64,000 nt of DNA from Brumimicrobium sp. (lineage in GTDB: Bacteria; Bacteroidota; Bacteroidia; Flavobacteriales_D; Crocinitomicaceae): positions 666,923 to 730,922 of the forward strand of contig JAMLGZ010000001.1 in the NCBI GenBank assembly GCA_023957385.1, written 5' to 3'. A program made the position numbers and the translations under genes. The notes under the pieces are model-generated. The model searched no databases, was not told where the DNA came from, and worked only from the letters and a program-made list of their open reading frames with translations. Below, piece by piece: positions 18,456-28,802 of the stretch (positions are counted from its first letter, which is position 1; each line of letters opens with the position of its first letter).

Positions 18456-19796
18456 CTAAAAATCTAAATACCAAGAAGCGATACTAAAATATATCAGTAC
18501 TCCGCTAATATCAGCAATGGTTGTAATAAGAGGCGCACTTGCTGTTGCGGGGTCTATCTTTAGTTTAGTAAAGATGAATGGTAATAAGAGTCCTACGACA
18601 CTACCCATTAAGACAATTGCCAACATGGTTAAGGCAACAACTACAATTACTTCTGGTGCACGAAAACTAGCTACAAGAGAAACACCTAAAGCCATTGTTA
18701 GACCTAATATTAAAGACACTGCAAATTCTTTAGTAATTAGGCGATACCAATCACTCATTTTGACATCTCCCATTGCAAGTGAACGTATCATTAAAGTAGC
18801 TGTTTGCGATCCTGCATTTCCACCACTATCAATGAGAAGAGGTAAGAAAAATACAAGTGCTACATATTTACCTATAACGTCTTCAAAACTAGCAAGGATT
18901 CCACCAGAAAATAGATTCATGAAAACTAAAGCTATCAGCCAGAAAATACGATTTTTGTATAAATCAAAAATACGTGCAGTTAATGGATTGGAAACGGCAC
19001 TTTGAAAGGCTCCAAATTTATGGAAGTCCTCAGAAGATTCTTCTTCCTGAACGTCCATAATATCGTCAAAAGTTACAATACCTAACAAAACACCTTTGTC
19101 ATCCACTACTGGAAGAGCCACTCTATTACAATCTTTAAAAATTCGGATGGCAGTTTCTTGGTCTTCAGAAGCCTTTAACGAAATAAACTGATGGTTTACT
19201 AAATCGTCTATTATTTGCTCTGGCTCTGCTAGAATTAAATCTTTTATAGTAATATCATCAACTAATTTCCAGTCCTTATCAACAATATAGATTACGTTAA
19301 GTGTTTCGGAATTATGTCCGAATTTTCGTATATGTTGAAAGGTTTTTTCTACGGTGAAAGTAGGTCGTATAGCTACAAATTCTGTAGTCATCAAACGCCC
19401 AATACTGTCTTTGGGATAGCCTAATAATTGATTGGTGATATTGCGTTGTTCTTCTGATAATTGTTTGATAAGACGTTGTGCTACTTCACCTGGTAATTCT
19501 GCTAAAAATGCAGTACGGTCATCTGGGTCAATATCGTTTAATAGTTGAGCAATTTTATTGGCGTTTTCGGCTAAATCTTCGATAATTTCTTGTTGTCCTT
19601 CAAGTGAAAGAAGTTTAAACACTTCGCGAGTTTGATCATTGTTTAACAATCGGAAGAGAATGATTTTATCTCTTCTTGAAATTTCTTCAAAAAGTTCAAA
19701 TACAGAATATGGCTCAAGGTTTTCAACTTCTTGCTTGAGTTTTTTCCATTCTTGATTTTCAATCATGGATAGTATCTTTTCTATCTCTTCTACCAT
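18456..19796 (-). CDS. mgtE: Magnesium transporter MgtE
   Basis: N-domain, CBS pair (GRLMT, LPVVD), DSGGNAGSQ and ITTIAD motifs. The likely start is MVEEIEK at 19796 (track start 19850). Confidence 0.95.
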   Translation of the reverse strand: MVEEIEKILSMIENQEWKKLKQEVENLEPYSVFELFEEISRRDKIILFRLLNNDQTREVFKLLSLEGQQEIIEDLAENANKIAQLLNDIDPDDRTAFLAELPGEVAQRLIKQLSEEQRNITNQLLGYPKDSIGRLMTTEFVAIRPTFTVEKTFQHIRKFGHNSETLNVIYIVDKDWKLVDDITIKDLILAEPEQIIDDLVNHQFISLKASEDQETAIRIFKDCNRVALPVVDDKGVLLGIVTFDDIMDVQEEESSEDFHKFGAFQSAVSNPLTARIFDLYKNRIFWLIALVFMNLFSGGILASFEDVIGKYVALVFFLPLLIDSGGNAGSQTATLMIRSLAMGDVKMSDWYRLITKEFAVSLILGLTMALGVSLVASFRAPEVIVVVALTMLAIVLMGSVVGLLLPFIFTKLKIDPATASAPLITTIADISGVLIYFSIASWYLDF

Positions 19797-19878
19797 AATT
19801 GGTTCTTTAGTCGGCACAAAAATAAGCCGTTCAAATGAAAAGAGGATCATTTTTGATAAAAATATTTATCCTTACCCA

Positions 19879-20832
19879 CTAATCAAAATATTTATAATCT
19901 CTTAATTTGATTACTCGAATGAAATTTGTGTTCAGATCTTGGATTAAAATATCATTGATGAAATTGCTATCATCTTTATATATTATCTGATATTGTGTTG
20001 TATATTCATTATTTCGATGTATTTCTTTTTTCAATAATTTCCCTGTGTCATCGTAAGAAAAGACATATAACAAATTATTGTTGTCGTTAAGCTTTGAAGA
20101 AATAATGAGTGTATCTAATTTCTTTTTTTCATTGTAATGATAGCTTGTCCTAGTAGTTTGAGAAGTACGTAGTAGGCGTTCCAACTTCCCTTCTAATTGA
20201 TTGTCAGATGTGTAATATGATATGGTTTCTTTGTATGGTAGATTACTTTGGTTATATGTAATTTGTTTTATTTGATTATCATATTTTTCATAACTGTAGG
20301 TCTCCATAGCAATGATATCATCATCATCTAAAGAAATTTTGTCGGGTGAAAGATAGCATCTGTCATAGCTTCGTTTATAAATATAGCGAACAACTTGGTG
20401 GTCTTTGTTGTATTCGTATATGTGGAAATAGTAGCCATATTTATCTCGTACTTTGATACTTTTTAAATCACCATTCTCAGTGTATTCAAATTTCTGAATG
20501 AGTGTATCATTTTTGGTATTTTGTAAACTCTCATAGTCTGCAATTAATTGTCCTTTTTGGTTAAACTCAAAGTATTTAAAATATTCTGTATTCCGAAGTT
20601 TATCTCCTAATTTATAATTCCAAAATAAGCCTGATATGCTTTTAATTTTCATTTTTTGGATGAAGTTTTCATTGAAATATGGTTTGTCTGTGAATACTTG
20701 TCCATAGGAATTATCAATCATCTGACTATATACTTGCGTGTTTAGCAGTATGAGTAGGAAAATGCTATGGAAAAATGTTGCTGATTTCACGAATTTAGAA
20801 AGAAAAACCTCTGTAATTACAGAGGTTTCCAT
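19879..20832 (-). CDS. Hypothetical exported protein with YD-like (Y-x-Y-D/N-x-x-G) repeats; start uncertain
   Basis: Recurrent FEFNQKGQL, FEYTENGDL, YEYNKDHQV, YHYNEKKKL and FSYDDTGKL segments, after a signal-like stretch ending VYSQ. Confidence 0.65.
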   Translation of the reverse strand: METSVITEVFLSKFVKSATFFHSIFLLILLNTQVYSQMIDNSYGQVFTDKPYFNENFIQKMKIKSISGLFWNYKLGDKLRNTEYFKYFEFNQKGQLIADYESLQNTKNDTLIQKFEYTENGDLKSIKVRDKYGYYFHIYEYNKDHQVVRYIYKRSYDRCYLSPDKISLDDDDIIAMETYSYEKYDNQIKQITYNQSNLPYKETISYYTSDNQLEGKLERLLRTSQTTRTSYHYNEKKKLDTLIISSKLNDNNNLLYVFSYDDTGKLLKKEIHRNNEYTTQYQIIYKDDSNFINDILIQDLNTNFIRVIKLRDYKYFD

Positions 20833-20853
20833 TTATTTGTTTGTTGTTGTTTG

Positions 20854-21303
20854 CTATTTATTAAGTTCTTGTTTAACTATGTCAGAGATGAGTTTCCCGT
20901 CTGCTTTTCCTGCCAATTCTTTCGTAATTTTTCCCATTACTTTTCCCATATCTTGTGGGCCTGATGCTCCTACTTCTGATATGGTTTTTTTGACAATCAC
21001 CCTGATTTCATCCTCGCTCATCATTTGTGGCAAGAAGACTTCAATAATCTTGGCTTCAAAAAGTTCTGTGCTTGCTAAATCATCACGACCTTGTTGTTTA
21101 TATAACTCATAAGATTCCATTCTTTGTTTATATAATCGAGCTACAATCTTATTTTCAGCAGCTTCATCAACTTCTCCGTGACCAGCAGTAGCCTCTAGTA
21201 ATATTTTAGCTTTGATGTCGCGCAATGCCGTTAGCTTTTCTTTTTCTTTTGCTAACATAGCTTCTTTTATCTCTTGATTTATTTTGTCTGTTAAACTTGC
21301 CAT
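20854..21303 (-). CDS. yqeY: GatB/YqeY domain protein
   Basis: Y-x-x-x-G-R-x-D-L-A and GPQDMGKVMG...GKADGK motifs. Follows ftsZ. Confidence 0.92.
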   Translation of the reverse strand: MASLTDKINQEIKEAMLAKEKEKLTALRDIKAKILLEATAGHGEVDEAAENKIVARLYKQRMESYELYKQQGRDDLASTELFEAKIIEVFLPQMMSEDEIRVIVKKTISEVGASGPQDMGKVMGKITKELAGKADGKLISDIVKQELNK

Positions 21304-21321
21304 TTTATTCCCTTATTTTAT

Positions 21322-23052
21322 CTAATCTACGTTATCGTGCAAGAAAGAATTGGTATCTCTTAAACCTTTCTGATTTTCATTATCAGTGATCTCAAATCGA
21401 GAGATATTATTTTCTGAAGAATAAGTTTTATCTTCAATTTCAATATTCCTTCTTTTATAAGCAGGTTCTTGTTCTAATTCATTCAATCCTTCAGCACTGC
21501 TTAAATGGGAGGTGTAATTGCGAATTCTATCCATTCTTTCATTCGCACGTTTTTGCATTTCTTCTTGAGATAATTTATGAGGTTTTGAAGTGTTTTCGTC
21601 TGTTAATTCAATATTTTGGTCTTCATCTAAGAAATAACGTTTCACTTCTTCTTTCTCTTCTGTTTCTACTTCTGATTTGATTTCAAACGAAAATAATTCA
21701 TTGGATTCAAATGATTCATTGGATTCTACAGACTCTGAAGAGACTTCAAAATTTTCCAAAGAATTTGCCTCAAAAATATCAGATGAGTTGGCTTCAAAGC
21801 TTGCAAATCCTTTTTGTGAATCTTCTACTTCTTCAATTGAATCTAGAGGAGATTCGTATGTTGAATTAATAGGTTTTATTTCCCAGTTAAAGCTTCCTTG
21901 CGTTGATTCATTTTCAGTTTTAGCTTCTACCTCTTCATTGGATTTAAGATAAGGCTCTTCTTCCAACATAGGGGCAACATATTCATTCTTTTTTACAGGA
22001 TCCGTTAGAGGAGCGACAATTTCTTTTTTAGGAGTATCTTCCAAAACTTGCATTGTCTTTTCTGGAGCTCTTTCAAATCCTGTTACAGGAGAGTGTTTAA
22101 AACCAGTAGCAATGATCGTAACACATAAGCTTTCACCTAAAGATTCATCATATCCATGCCCCCAGATAACATCTGCTGTTGATCCTGCTTCATCTTGAAT
22201 ATAATCAGTGATATCAGATATTTCATCCATTAATACTTCTTGACTTCCATAAGTGATGTTAAGGAGTACATATTCGGCACCTTCTATATCATTATCATTT
22301 AAGAGTGGAGAAGCTAAAGCAGCTTGTACCGCACGGATAGCTCTGTTTTCACCCTCTGCTATTGCAGAACCCATAACAGCTACTCCACTATTTTTCATTA
22401 CCGTATTGACGTCATTAAAATCTACGTTGATAGCTCCTGTTACGGAAATCACGTCAGATATTCCTTTTGCAGCAGTCGATAAAATGTTATCTGCTTGTGC
22501 AAAGGCATTACCTATGGTTAAGTTACCAGAAATCTCACGTAATCTTTCGTTGTTAATAACTACTAAGGTATCTACTGCATCTCTAATTTTTTCTAGTCCT
22601 AATTCAGCTTGTTGGCGACGTTTCTTACCTTCAAATCCAAAAGGGACTGTTACAATTCCGACAGTTAAGATACCCATCTCTCGTGCAGTTTTTGCAATAA
22701 CTGGCGCTGCACCAGTACCTGTACCACCTCCTAAACCGGCAGTGACAAATACCATCTTTGTGTCATTAGATAAGATTTGTCGAATCTCTTCAATGTTTTC
22801 AATTGCTGCATTCATTCCGATTTCAGGGATAGAACCAGCTCCACGGCCTTCAGTTAGAGAGATCCCTAATTGAACTTTCAATGGAACAGGAGATGCATCT
22901 AAGGCTTGTTTGTCTGTGTTGCAAACTATAAAGTCAACACCTTTGAATCCTGATTTATACATGTGGTTAACAGCATTACTACCTCCACCACCTACACCAA
23001 TAACTTTGATGATTGATGAGTAATCTTTTGGGATATCGAATTCCATATTCAT
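21322..23052 (-). CDS. ftsZ: Cell division protein FtsZ with a long acidic linker
   Basis: GVGGGGSNA, GGGTGTG and VDFND motifs, with the Bacteroidota C-terminal FLHDNVD. Confidence 0.98.
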   Translation of the reverse strand: MNMEFDIPKDYSSIIKVIGVGGGGSNAVNHMYKSGFKGVDFIVCNTDKQALDASPVPLKVQLGISLTEGRGAGSIPEIGMNAAIENIEEIRQILSNDTKMVFVTAGLGGGTGTGAAPVIAKTAREMGILTVGIVTVPFGFEGKKRRQQAELGLEKIRDAVDTLVVINNERLREISGNLTIGNAFAQADNILSTAAKGISDVISVTGAINVDFNDVNTVMKNSGVAVMGSAIAEGENRAIRAVQAALASPLLNDNDIEGAEYVLLNITYGSQEVLMDEISDITDYIQDEAGSTADVIWGHGYDESLGESLCVTIIATGFKHSPVTGFERAPEKTMQVLEDTPKKEIVAPLTDPVKKNEYVAPMLEEEPYLKSNEEVEAKTENESTQGSFNWEIKPINSTYESPLDSIEEVEDSQKGFASFEANSSDIFEANSLENFEVSSESVESNESFESNELFSFEIKSEVETEEKEEVKRYFLDEDQNIELTDENTSKPHKLSQEEMQKRANERMDRIRNYTSHLSSAEGLNELEQEPAYKRRNIEIEDKTYSSENNISRFEITDNENQKGLRDTNSFLHDNVD

Positions 23053-23069
23053 TGTTTTTTGGTTGCTAA

Positions 23070-24344
23070 TTATTGTTCTATATCTTCTTCAAACCAACTC
23101 TTTCCTTTTTCTAATAGTTTATCAAAGAAAGAGCCTTTCACTTTCTTAGAATGAGTTTTAACGGTGGTTAAAGATTTATTTTTACGTTCTTTAGTTTCAA
23201 ATCCTTTTAAAACTAAACCAATCCCTGTGGCGTAAATTGGACTAGTTAATTTTTCGTTTAAAGGAGAAGGACCTAAATGTTCGTTTGGATACCCAACACG
23301 AGATCCCATTCCAGTTACATAATCAAATAATTGAGTAATGTTCTTTAATTCTGCACCACCTCCTGTGATAACAATTCCACCAATTAATTTTTTTTCATAC
23401 CCTGAATTTTTGATTTCGTAGTACACATGTTCTACGATTTCTTCCATTCTAGCTTGGATAATTCCAGATAAACTTCTGATAGTTATTTCTTTTGGTTCTC
23501 TACCTCTTAATCCTGGGATACAAACAACTTCATTTGCTTGAGATTCACTGGCGATAGCACTTCCAAATTTTCTCTTTAGTGCTTCTGCTTGTCTATGAAG
23601 AATGGTACAACCTTCCTTAATGTCTTCTGTGATGATGTTTCCACCAAATGGAATTACTGCAGTATGACGGATAATCCCTTCGTGAAAAATAGCGATATCA
23701 GTTGTTCCACCGCCTATATCTACTAATACAACTCCTGCTTCTTTTTCTTCTTCTGATAAAACTGCAGCAGCACTTGCAATGGGTTCCAGAATCATCTCTT
23801 CAATCTCAATATCTGATTTATTCACACATTTTTGAATATTCTTTGCAGCTGAGATTCTTCCCGTAATGATATGAAAATTGGCTTCCAACCTTACGCCAGA
23901 CATTCCAATTGGATCAATGATGCCTTGCTCACCATCCACAATATATTCTTGAGGTAATACATGAATGATTTCTTCTCCAGGTTCCATTACCAACTTATAC
24001 ATGTCCTCAATTAATGCATCAATATCTACTTGAGAAATTTCCTCTGTAGTTGAAGTACGGGTGTAAATACCGCGATGTTGTAGGCTTTTAATATGTTGAC
24101 CTGCAATGCCAACATTTACTACTCCAATTGTCAATTCACCTTCAATATTATCTTCGGTTTGGCGTACTGCTTCTTTTATCGAAGCTACTGTTTTTTCAAT
24201 GTTAGATACAACTCCTCGAGTTACACCATTTGATTCGGTGTTTCCTAAAGATAGAATCTCTATCTTTCCATGCTCATTTCTTCTTCCAACGAAACATGCA
24301 ATTTTGGTTGTTCCTATATCAAGTCCTACAACTATTTCTGACAT
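23070..24344 (-). CDS. ftsA: Cell division protein FtsA
   Basis: VGLDIGTTKI and DIGGGTTD motifs. Confidence 0.97.
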   Translation of the reverse strand: MSEIVVGLDIGTTKIACFVGRRNEHGKIEILSLGNTESNGVTRGVVSNIEKTVASIKEAVRQTEDNIEGELTIGVVNVGIAGQHIKSLQHRGIYTRTSTTEEISQVDIDALIEDMYKLVMEPGEEIIHVLPQEYIVDGEQGIIDPIGMSGVRLEANFHIITGRISAAKNIQKCVNKSDIEIEEMILEPIASAAAVLSEEEKEAGVVLVDIGGGTTDIAIFHEGIIRHTAVIPFGGNIITEDIKEGCTILHRQAEALKRKFGSAIASESQANEVVCIPGLRGREPKEITIRSLSGIIQARMEEIVEHVYYEIKNSGYEKKLIGGIVITGGGAELKNITQLFDYVTGMGSRVGYPNEHLGPSPLNEKLTSPIYATGIGLVLKGFETKERKNKSLTTVKTHSKKVKGSFFDKLLEKGKSWFEEDIEQ

Positions 24345-24345
24345 C

Positions 24346-25143
24346 TTATTGTTTTTTCTTTGCTACAATTTGGTTCTTAAACTTTAAATTAATCGTTTCA
24401 TACTTTTCCCACCCCTCGTATGGTATCACCTTTTCGTAGAAGGTGGTTAATTTTTTAAACTTTTCTTCTACAATTTCCTCTGATTCAGCAAACCCAAAAA
24501 TGATCTTTTGTAAGCCAACTCTCGGTACTAGTAGGAAACCATCTTCTTGCGAGTAATGAACCTGAACTATCTGCGCGTTATAAAAAGTATCATTGCAAAC
24601 ATACTTCGAAATGCGATAGATCTGATCTAGCATTAATTTAGTTTTCAAACTGTCGTTGTTAATTATTTTGGAATAACTCAAATCATTAGTAATCAGCTGA
24701 TCTAAGCCTGAAAAAACTAGTATTCTAGGTTTTATGTAGGGAGATAAACGCATGAAAGTAAAATCATTATCTATATAGAAATCACTTATCTTATTACTTA
24801 GGATACGGGCTATTGGTCGTTTTGTCTTTACATCAATATACCAATCTTTAGTCAAACCTGTATATACTTGAGTTGTTAACACTTCATTTGAGTGTTTAAG
24901 GTATTTTTCAATTTCTTTAATTTTTAAATCTGATTTTTTGGTTTCATCTGTAAAGAGATTGTATTTATATAATTCTCCTAAGATTTCTGATTCGGTTATT
25001 AATGGTATCTCGTCTTGTAATTTTAGATGGATAACCGGTTTGTTCATTATCTGATTTTCTACCTCTTTATTGGCTGCAATCAAAAGATAGACTATACTTC
25101 CTATAAAAATAATAATAGCTAATATTTTTAATACTTTCTTCAC
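24346..25143 (-). CDS. ftsQ: Cell division protein FtsQ/DivIB
   Basis: N-terminal TM helix, lies between murC and ftsA, C-terminal INLKFKNQIV. Confidence 0.85.
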   Translation of the reverse strand: MKKVLKILAIIIFIGSIVYLLIAANKEVENQIMNKPVIHLKLQDEIPLITESEILGELYKYNLFTDETKKSDLKIKEIEKYLKHSNEVLTTQVYTGLTKDWYIDVKTKRPIARILSNKISDFYIDNDFTFMRLSPYIKPRILVFSGLDQLITNDLSYSKIINNDSLKTKLMLDQIYRISKYVCNDTFYNAQIVQVHYSQEDGFLLVPRVGLQKIIFGFAESEEIVEEKFKKLTTFYEKVIPYEGWEKYETINLKFKNQIVAKKKQ

Positions 25144-26501
25144 GCTAATATTTTTTTAATAGGTTGGATTAATAAACTGATATCACCAGCTCCTACAGTT
25201 AAAATCACCCCTTTTTGAATTGTTTTGATAAATTCTGGAACTTCTTGCATGTTTAATACCTGTACATTTGAGGTAACCATTTTTGCTAATTCTTCACTCG
25301 TTATACCTTCAATAGGTAATTCACGTGCAGGATAAATGGGCATTAAAATTACATTTTCAGCTTCACTCAAGGCTTCTGCAAATTCATGCATAAAATCTTG
25401 TGTACGACTGTATAAATGGGGTTGAAAAATAAGATAAACTGGCCACCCTTTGTAAATAAGATGAATAGATTTTAATAAATTCTGAATGGCAGTTGGGTGA
25501 TGTGCATAATCATCGATATATATCAAACCTTCTTTCTTGATATGTAATTCAAATCTACGATGTACACCTCTGAATTGATGAAGAGCTTCTCGGATATCAT
25601 CAACTGTTAAGCCTATTGTATCGCATAACGCAATTACTGCTAATGCATTTTCTGCATTGTGGACACCAGGCATCCCTATGATAACATGTGGATAATTTGC
25701 TGTTGGAGTGGTTACATCCATTACAAATTCATTGTTTTCAATTCGAATATTACTTCCTCTGTAATCAATATCCGGATTCTCACCTATACCATAGGTATAT
25801 GAAGGTATATCTTGACAAATAGATAAGGAAAAATGTTTGATAACAAAGCCGTCTTTATTTACAAGATGACCGTATTCATTAAATGTATCCACAAGGGCTT
25901 GTGGCTCATGGTAAATGTCTAAGTGGTCAGCTTCTGTTGATGTAATAATGGTAGAGAAGGGACTTAATTTTAAGAAACTCCGATCGTATTCGTCGGCTTC
26001 TACTACCATCCAATTGCTAGTTGGGTCGATGAGTAAATTAGAGTCAAAGTTAGAGCTTATCCCTCCAAGAAATGCGTTACACTTATAAGCGGAAGTGTGA
26101 AGTACATGTGCCAACATCGTTGAGGTGGTAGTTTTTCCATGTGTACCGGCAACAGCCAATGTTTTATATGCTTCAGTTATTCGCCCTAAAACTTCTGCTC
26201 GTTTTTGAATAGTATAATTGTGTTTTCTTAAAAACTGCAATTCACCAAGGTCAGAGGGAACTGCTGGAGTTAAAATAACTAGCGTGTTTTCAGGGGGCCC
26301 AATGAATTGAGAAATGGAATCTCCCTTGTCTGAATAATGTATATGAATACCTTCTCGAACCAGGTTTTTAGTAAGTTCTGTTTCGGTTTTGTCATAGCCG
26401 GCAACCCGATAGTGGAAGTGATTGAAATATCTGGCAAGGGCAGACATGCCAATGCCACCTATGCCAACAAAATAGATATGTGTATAATTGTCATATTTCA
26501 T
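25140..26501 (-). CDS. murC: UDP-N-acetylmuramate--L-alanine ligase
   Basis: GIGGIGMSALA, GTHGKTTT, EADEYD and DDYAHHP motifs. Confidence 0.97.
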   Translation of the reverse strand: MKYDNYTHIYFVGIGGIGMSALARYFNHFHYRVAGYDKTETELTKNLVREGIHIHYSDKGDSISQFIGPPENTLVILTPAVPSDLGELQFLRKHNYTIQKRAEVLGRITEAYKTLAVAGTHGKTTTSTMLAHVLHTSAYKCNAFLGGISSNFDSNLLIDPTSNWMVVEADEYDRSFLKLSPFSTIITSTEADHLDIYHEPQALVDTFNEYGHLVNKDGFVIKHFSLSICQDIPSYTYGIGENPDIDYRGSNIRIENNEFVMDVTTPTANYPHVIIGMPGVHNAENALAVIALCDTIGLTVDDIREALHQFRGVHRRFELHIKKEGLIYIDDYAHHPTAIQNLLKSIHLIYKGWPVYLIFQPHLYSRTQDFMHEFAEALSEAENVILMPIYPARELPIEGITSEELAKMVTSNVQVLNMQEVPEFIKTIQKGVILTVGAGDISLLIQPIKKILA

Positions 26502-27598
26502 TTTACAATATCTTTTATCACTTCTACGATGCGTTCATCTGCGTTGTCAATGGCTTTTTTCTTAATGTTCGCTGACAAGGTTTGTTGTTGTTCTTCGTTA
26601 GAAACCAAGTCGAGTAGAGTTGGAACCAATTCTGCACGAGATGTTGTATCTTTAACAAGGATTGCTGCATTGTCGTTTACTAAAGCCATCGCATTCTTTG
26701 TTTGATGGTCTTCTGCTACATTTGGTGAAGGCACTAAAATGATTGGTTTTCCAATAATACATAATTCAGATATGGCAATTGCACCAGCACGAGATACTAT
26801 AATGTCGGCAGCTGCATAGGCCATCTCCATTTCTTTGATGAATTGTGTTAGAACGATTCCTTTCATGTTTTTTCCAGCAGTTAATTTTTTCATCTCTTCA
26901 AACTGACCACTACCACATTGCCAAATGAGTTGAATATCTTTTTCTTGTAAAGTCTCTAATTGATTTACTACACTCTCATTTAACGTTCTAGCCCCCAAAC
27001 TTCCTCCAACTATTAGCACGGTTTTATGGTTGGGATTTAATTGGAAAAAATCTAAACCTTTTTGCTTCAATCCTTCAATCTGCACTACTTGTTTTCGGAC
27101 AGGATTTCCTGTAAGTACAATCTTTTCTTTTGGGAAAAAACGCTCTAGGTTTTCATAGGCTACACAAATCTTAGTAACTGTTTTGGAAAGAATCTTGTTG
27201 GTTTTTCCAGGAAAAGAATTTTGTTCTTGTACAATGGTTGGAATACCTAATTTACAAGCGGTACGTAATGTAGGTGCGCTAGCATATCCACCAACGCCAA
27301 CAACTACATCGGGTTTAAATTCTTTTATGATTTGCTTTGCTTTGAATAGAGAGTATATCAATTTAAAAGGAAGTAGAAAATTTTTGTAAGTGAGGCGCCT
27401 TTGAAATCCACTAATCCAAAGACCTTCAATTTTATACCCGGCTTCTGGAACTTTTGTCATTTCCATTTTTCCTTTTGCACCAATAAATAAGATCTCAGCG
27501 TTAGGATTCTCTAGCTTTATTCTATTGGCAATGGAGATAGCTGGGAAAATATGCCCCCCTGTTCCTCCTCCTGATATGATAGCTCTGTTAATATTCAT
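26498..27598 (-). CDS. murG: Undecaprenyl-PP-MurNAc-pentapeptide GlcNAc transferase
   Basis: GGGTGGHIFP, GGYAS, EQN, GNPVR, GGSLGA and HQTKNA motifs. Confidence 0.98.
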   Translation of the reverse strand: MNINRAIISGGGTGGHIFPAISIANRIKLENPNAEILFIGAKGKMEMTKVPEAGYKIEGLWISGFQRRLTYKNFLLPFKLIYSLFKAKQIIKEFKPDVVVGVGGYASAPTLRTACKLGIPTIVQEQNSFPGKTNKILSKTVTKICVAYENLERFFPKEKIVLTGNPVRKQVVQIEGLKQKGLDFFQLNPNHKTVLIVGGSLGARTLNESVVNQLETLQEKDIQLIWQCGSGQFEEMKKLTAGKNMKGIVLTQFIKEMEMAYAAADIIVSRAGAIAISELCIIGKPIILVPSPNVAEDHQTKNAMALVNDNAAILVKDTTSRAELVPTLLDLVSNEEQQQTLSANIKKKAIDNADERIVEVIKDIVK

Positions 27599-27601
27599 GA
27601 T

Positions 27602-28774
27602 TTAATCTTGATTTTCACTTGCCATTACTTTATTTTCTTTAAGTGAATTTTTATACCCAACACTTAAAACAATTCCTAGGGAGACACAGCTCATAACCAT
27701 GGCAGACCCACCCATTCCTAAAAAGGGCATATTTTGACCTGTCACTGGGATAATACCTGTACAAACAAACATGTTTGTTAGTGCCTGAGCCATGAAGATA
27801 AGTCCTATCCCAATACATATATAGGTTTCAAATAATCTCTCAGCATTTAAACCGATGCGTAAAATTCTATAGAATAAAATAAGATAGAGTAGGATGAGAG
27901 GTACTGCAAATTTGAGTCCTAATTCTTCCACAAAAGAAGAATAGTAAAAGTCTGCATAGGCCTCTGGGGTATAATATTTTAGGTCTCCATCGCCTATACC
28001 AACGCCAAAATACCCACCGTTGTGAATAGCTAACTTTGCATTGATGGCTTGCATGTTATCGATTTGGCTAATGGTATCGTCCCCGTATGCTCTAAAAACA
28101 CGATTAATCCAAGTATCCAAACGAGGAAGGATATCATATTCAGGTAGAGCAAAATGAATAAGTACAAAAATGCCAAATAAACCGATGGCGCTCAAAGTAA
28201 AAGTAGATATCTTACTGAGAGGCACTTTGGCAATAAAGAATAAACACATGATTACTCCAACCAATAATCCTGCTGTTGAGAAATTATCCTTAGCAATTAG
28301 CATGCTTACAAGAATAACCGGCCATATCAAAGGCCAAAATCCATCTTTCCAAGAATCAAACTGATCTTGTTTACTTACTAGCCTGCGAGAGATATAGATT
28401 ACTAGCGCAAGTTTGGCAAAATCGGAACTCTGAAAGGTAAGTCCGATGATTGGGATTCTGACCCATCGGGTGGCATCATTGACTTTTACTCCAAAGAAGA
28501 AGGTAAAAATAAGTAGCCCAATAGATATGTAAAAAATAAATTTTGATAATTTCTCTAGATAAATTGGATCTTTGGTGTGAAGCCAATACATCATGATTAA
28601 TCCAATAATGATATAAGTGAGATGTTTAAATAAATAGCCCAAAGATGAACCCCCTTGTGTTTTTATCAATATAGGTACAAAGCTATAGACGGTTACAATG
28701 GATACGCCCATGAGAAGGAGAGCAATAATCCATAGCACTTTATCGCCTTTGACATATTTAAACAGGTCTTTCAC
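27602..28774 (-). CDS. ftsW: SEDS family peptidoglycan polymerase FtsW
   Basis: Multi-TM protein with RWVRIP..FQSSDFAK, YTPEAYADF and P-x-T-G-x-x-M-P-F motifs. Confidence 0.95.
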   Translation of the reverse strand: MKDLFKYVKGDKVLWIIALLLMGVSIVTVYSFVPILIKTQGGSSLGYLFKHLTYIIIGLIMMYWLHTKDPIYLEKLSKFIFYISIGLLIFTFFFGVKVNDATRWVRIPIIGLTFQSSDFAKLALVIYISRRLVSKQDQFDSWKDGFWPLIWPVILVSMLIAKDNFSTAGLLVGVIMCLFFIAKVPLSKISTFTLSAIGLFGIFVLIHFALPEYDILPRLDTWINRVFRAYGDDTISQIDNMQAINAKLAIHNGGYFGVGIGDGDLKYYTPEAYADFYYSSFVEELGLKFAVPLILLYLILFYRILRIGLNAERLFETYICIGIGLIFMAQALTNMFVCTGIIPVTGQNMPFLGMGGSAMVMSCVSLGIVLSVGYKNSLKENKVMASENQD

Positions 28775-28802
28775 TTACTTGCTTTTATGTTTTTTTGTTA
28801 GA

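Noticed and set aside
19879-20832. YD-like repeats as an Rhs/polymorphic toxin
   Set aside because: Only about 300 aa, with no Rhs core (PxxxxDPxG), no toxin tip and no immunity gene, in a core-genome context.
18517-24439. Plus-strand ORFs inside mgtE, yqeY, ftsZ and ftsA (for example 18517..19005, 20738..21112, 22253..22873)
   Set aside because: Antisense shadows of conserved genes, with no recognisable motifs or start signals.
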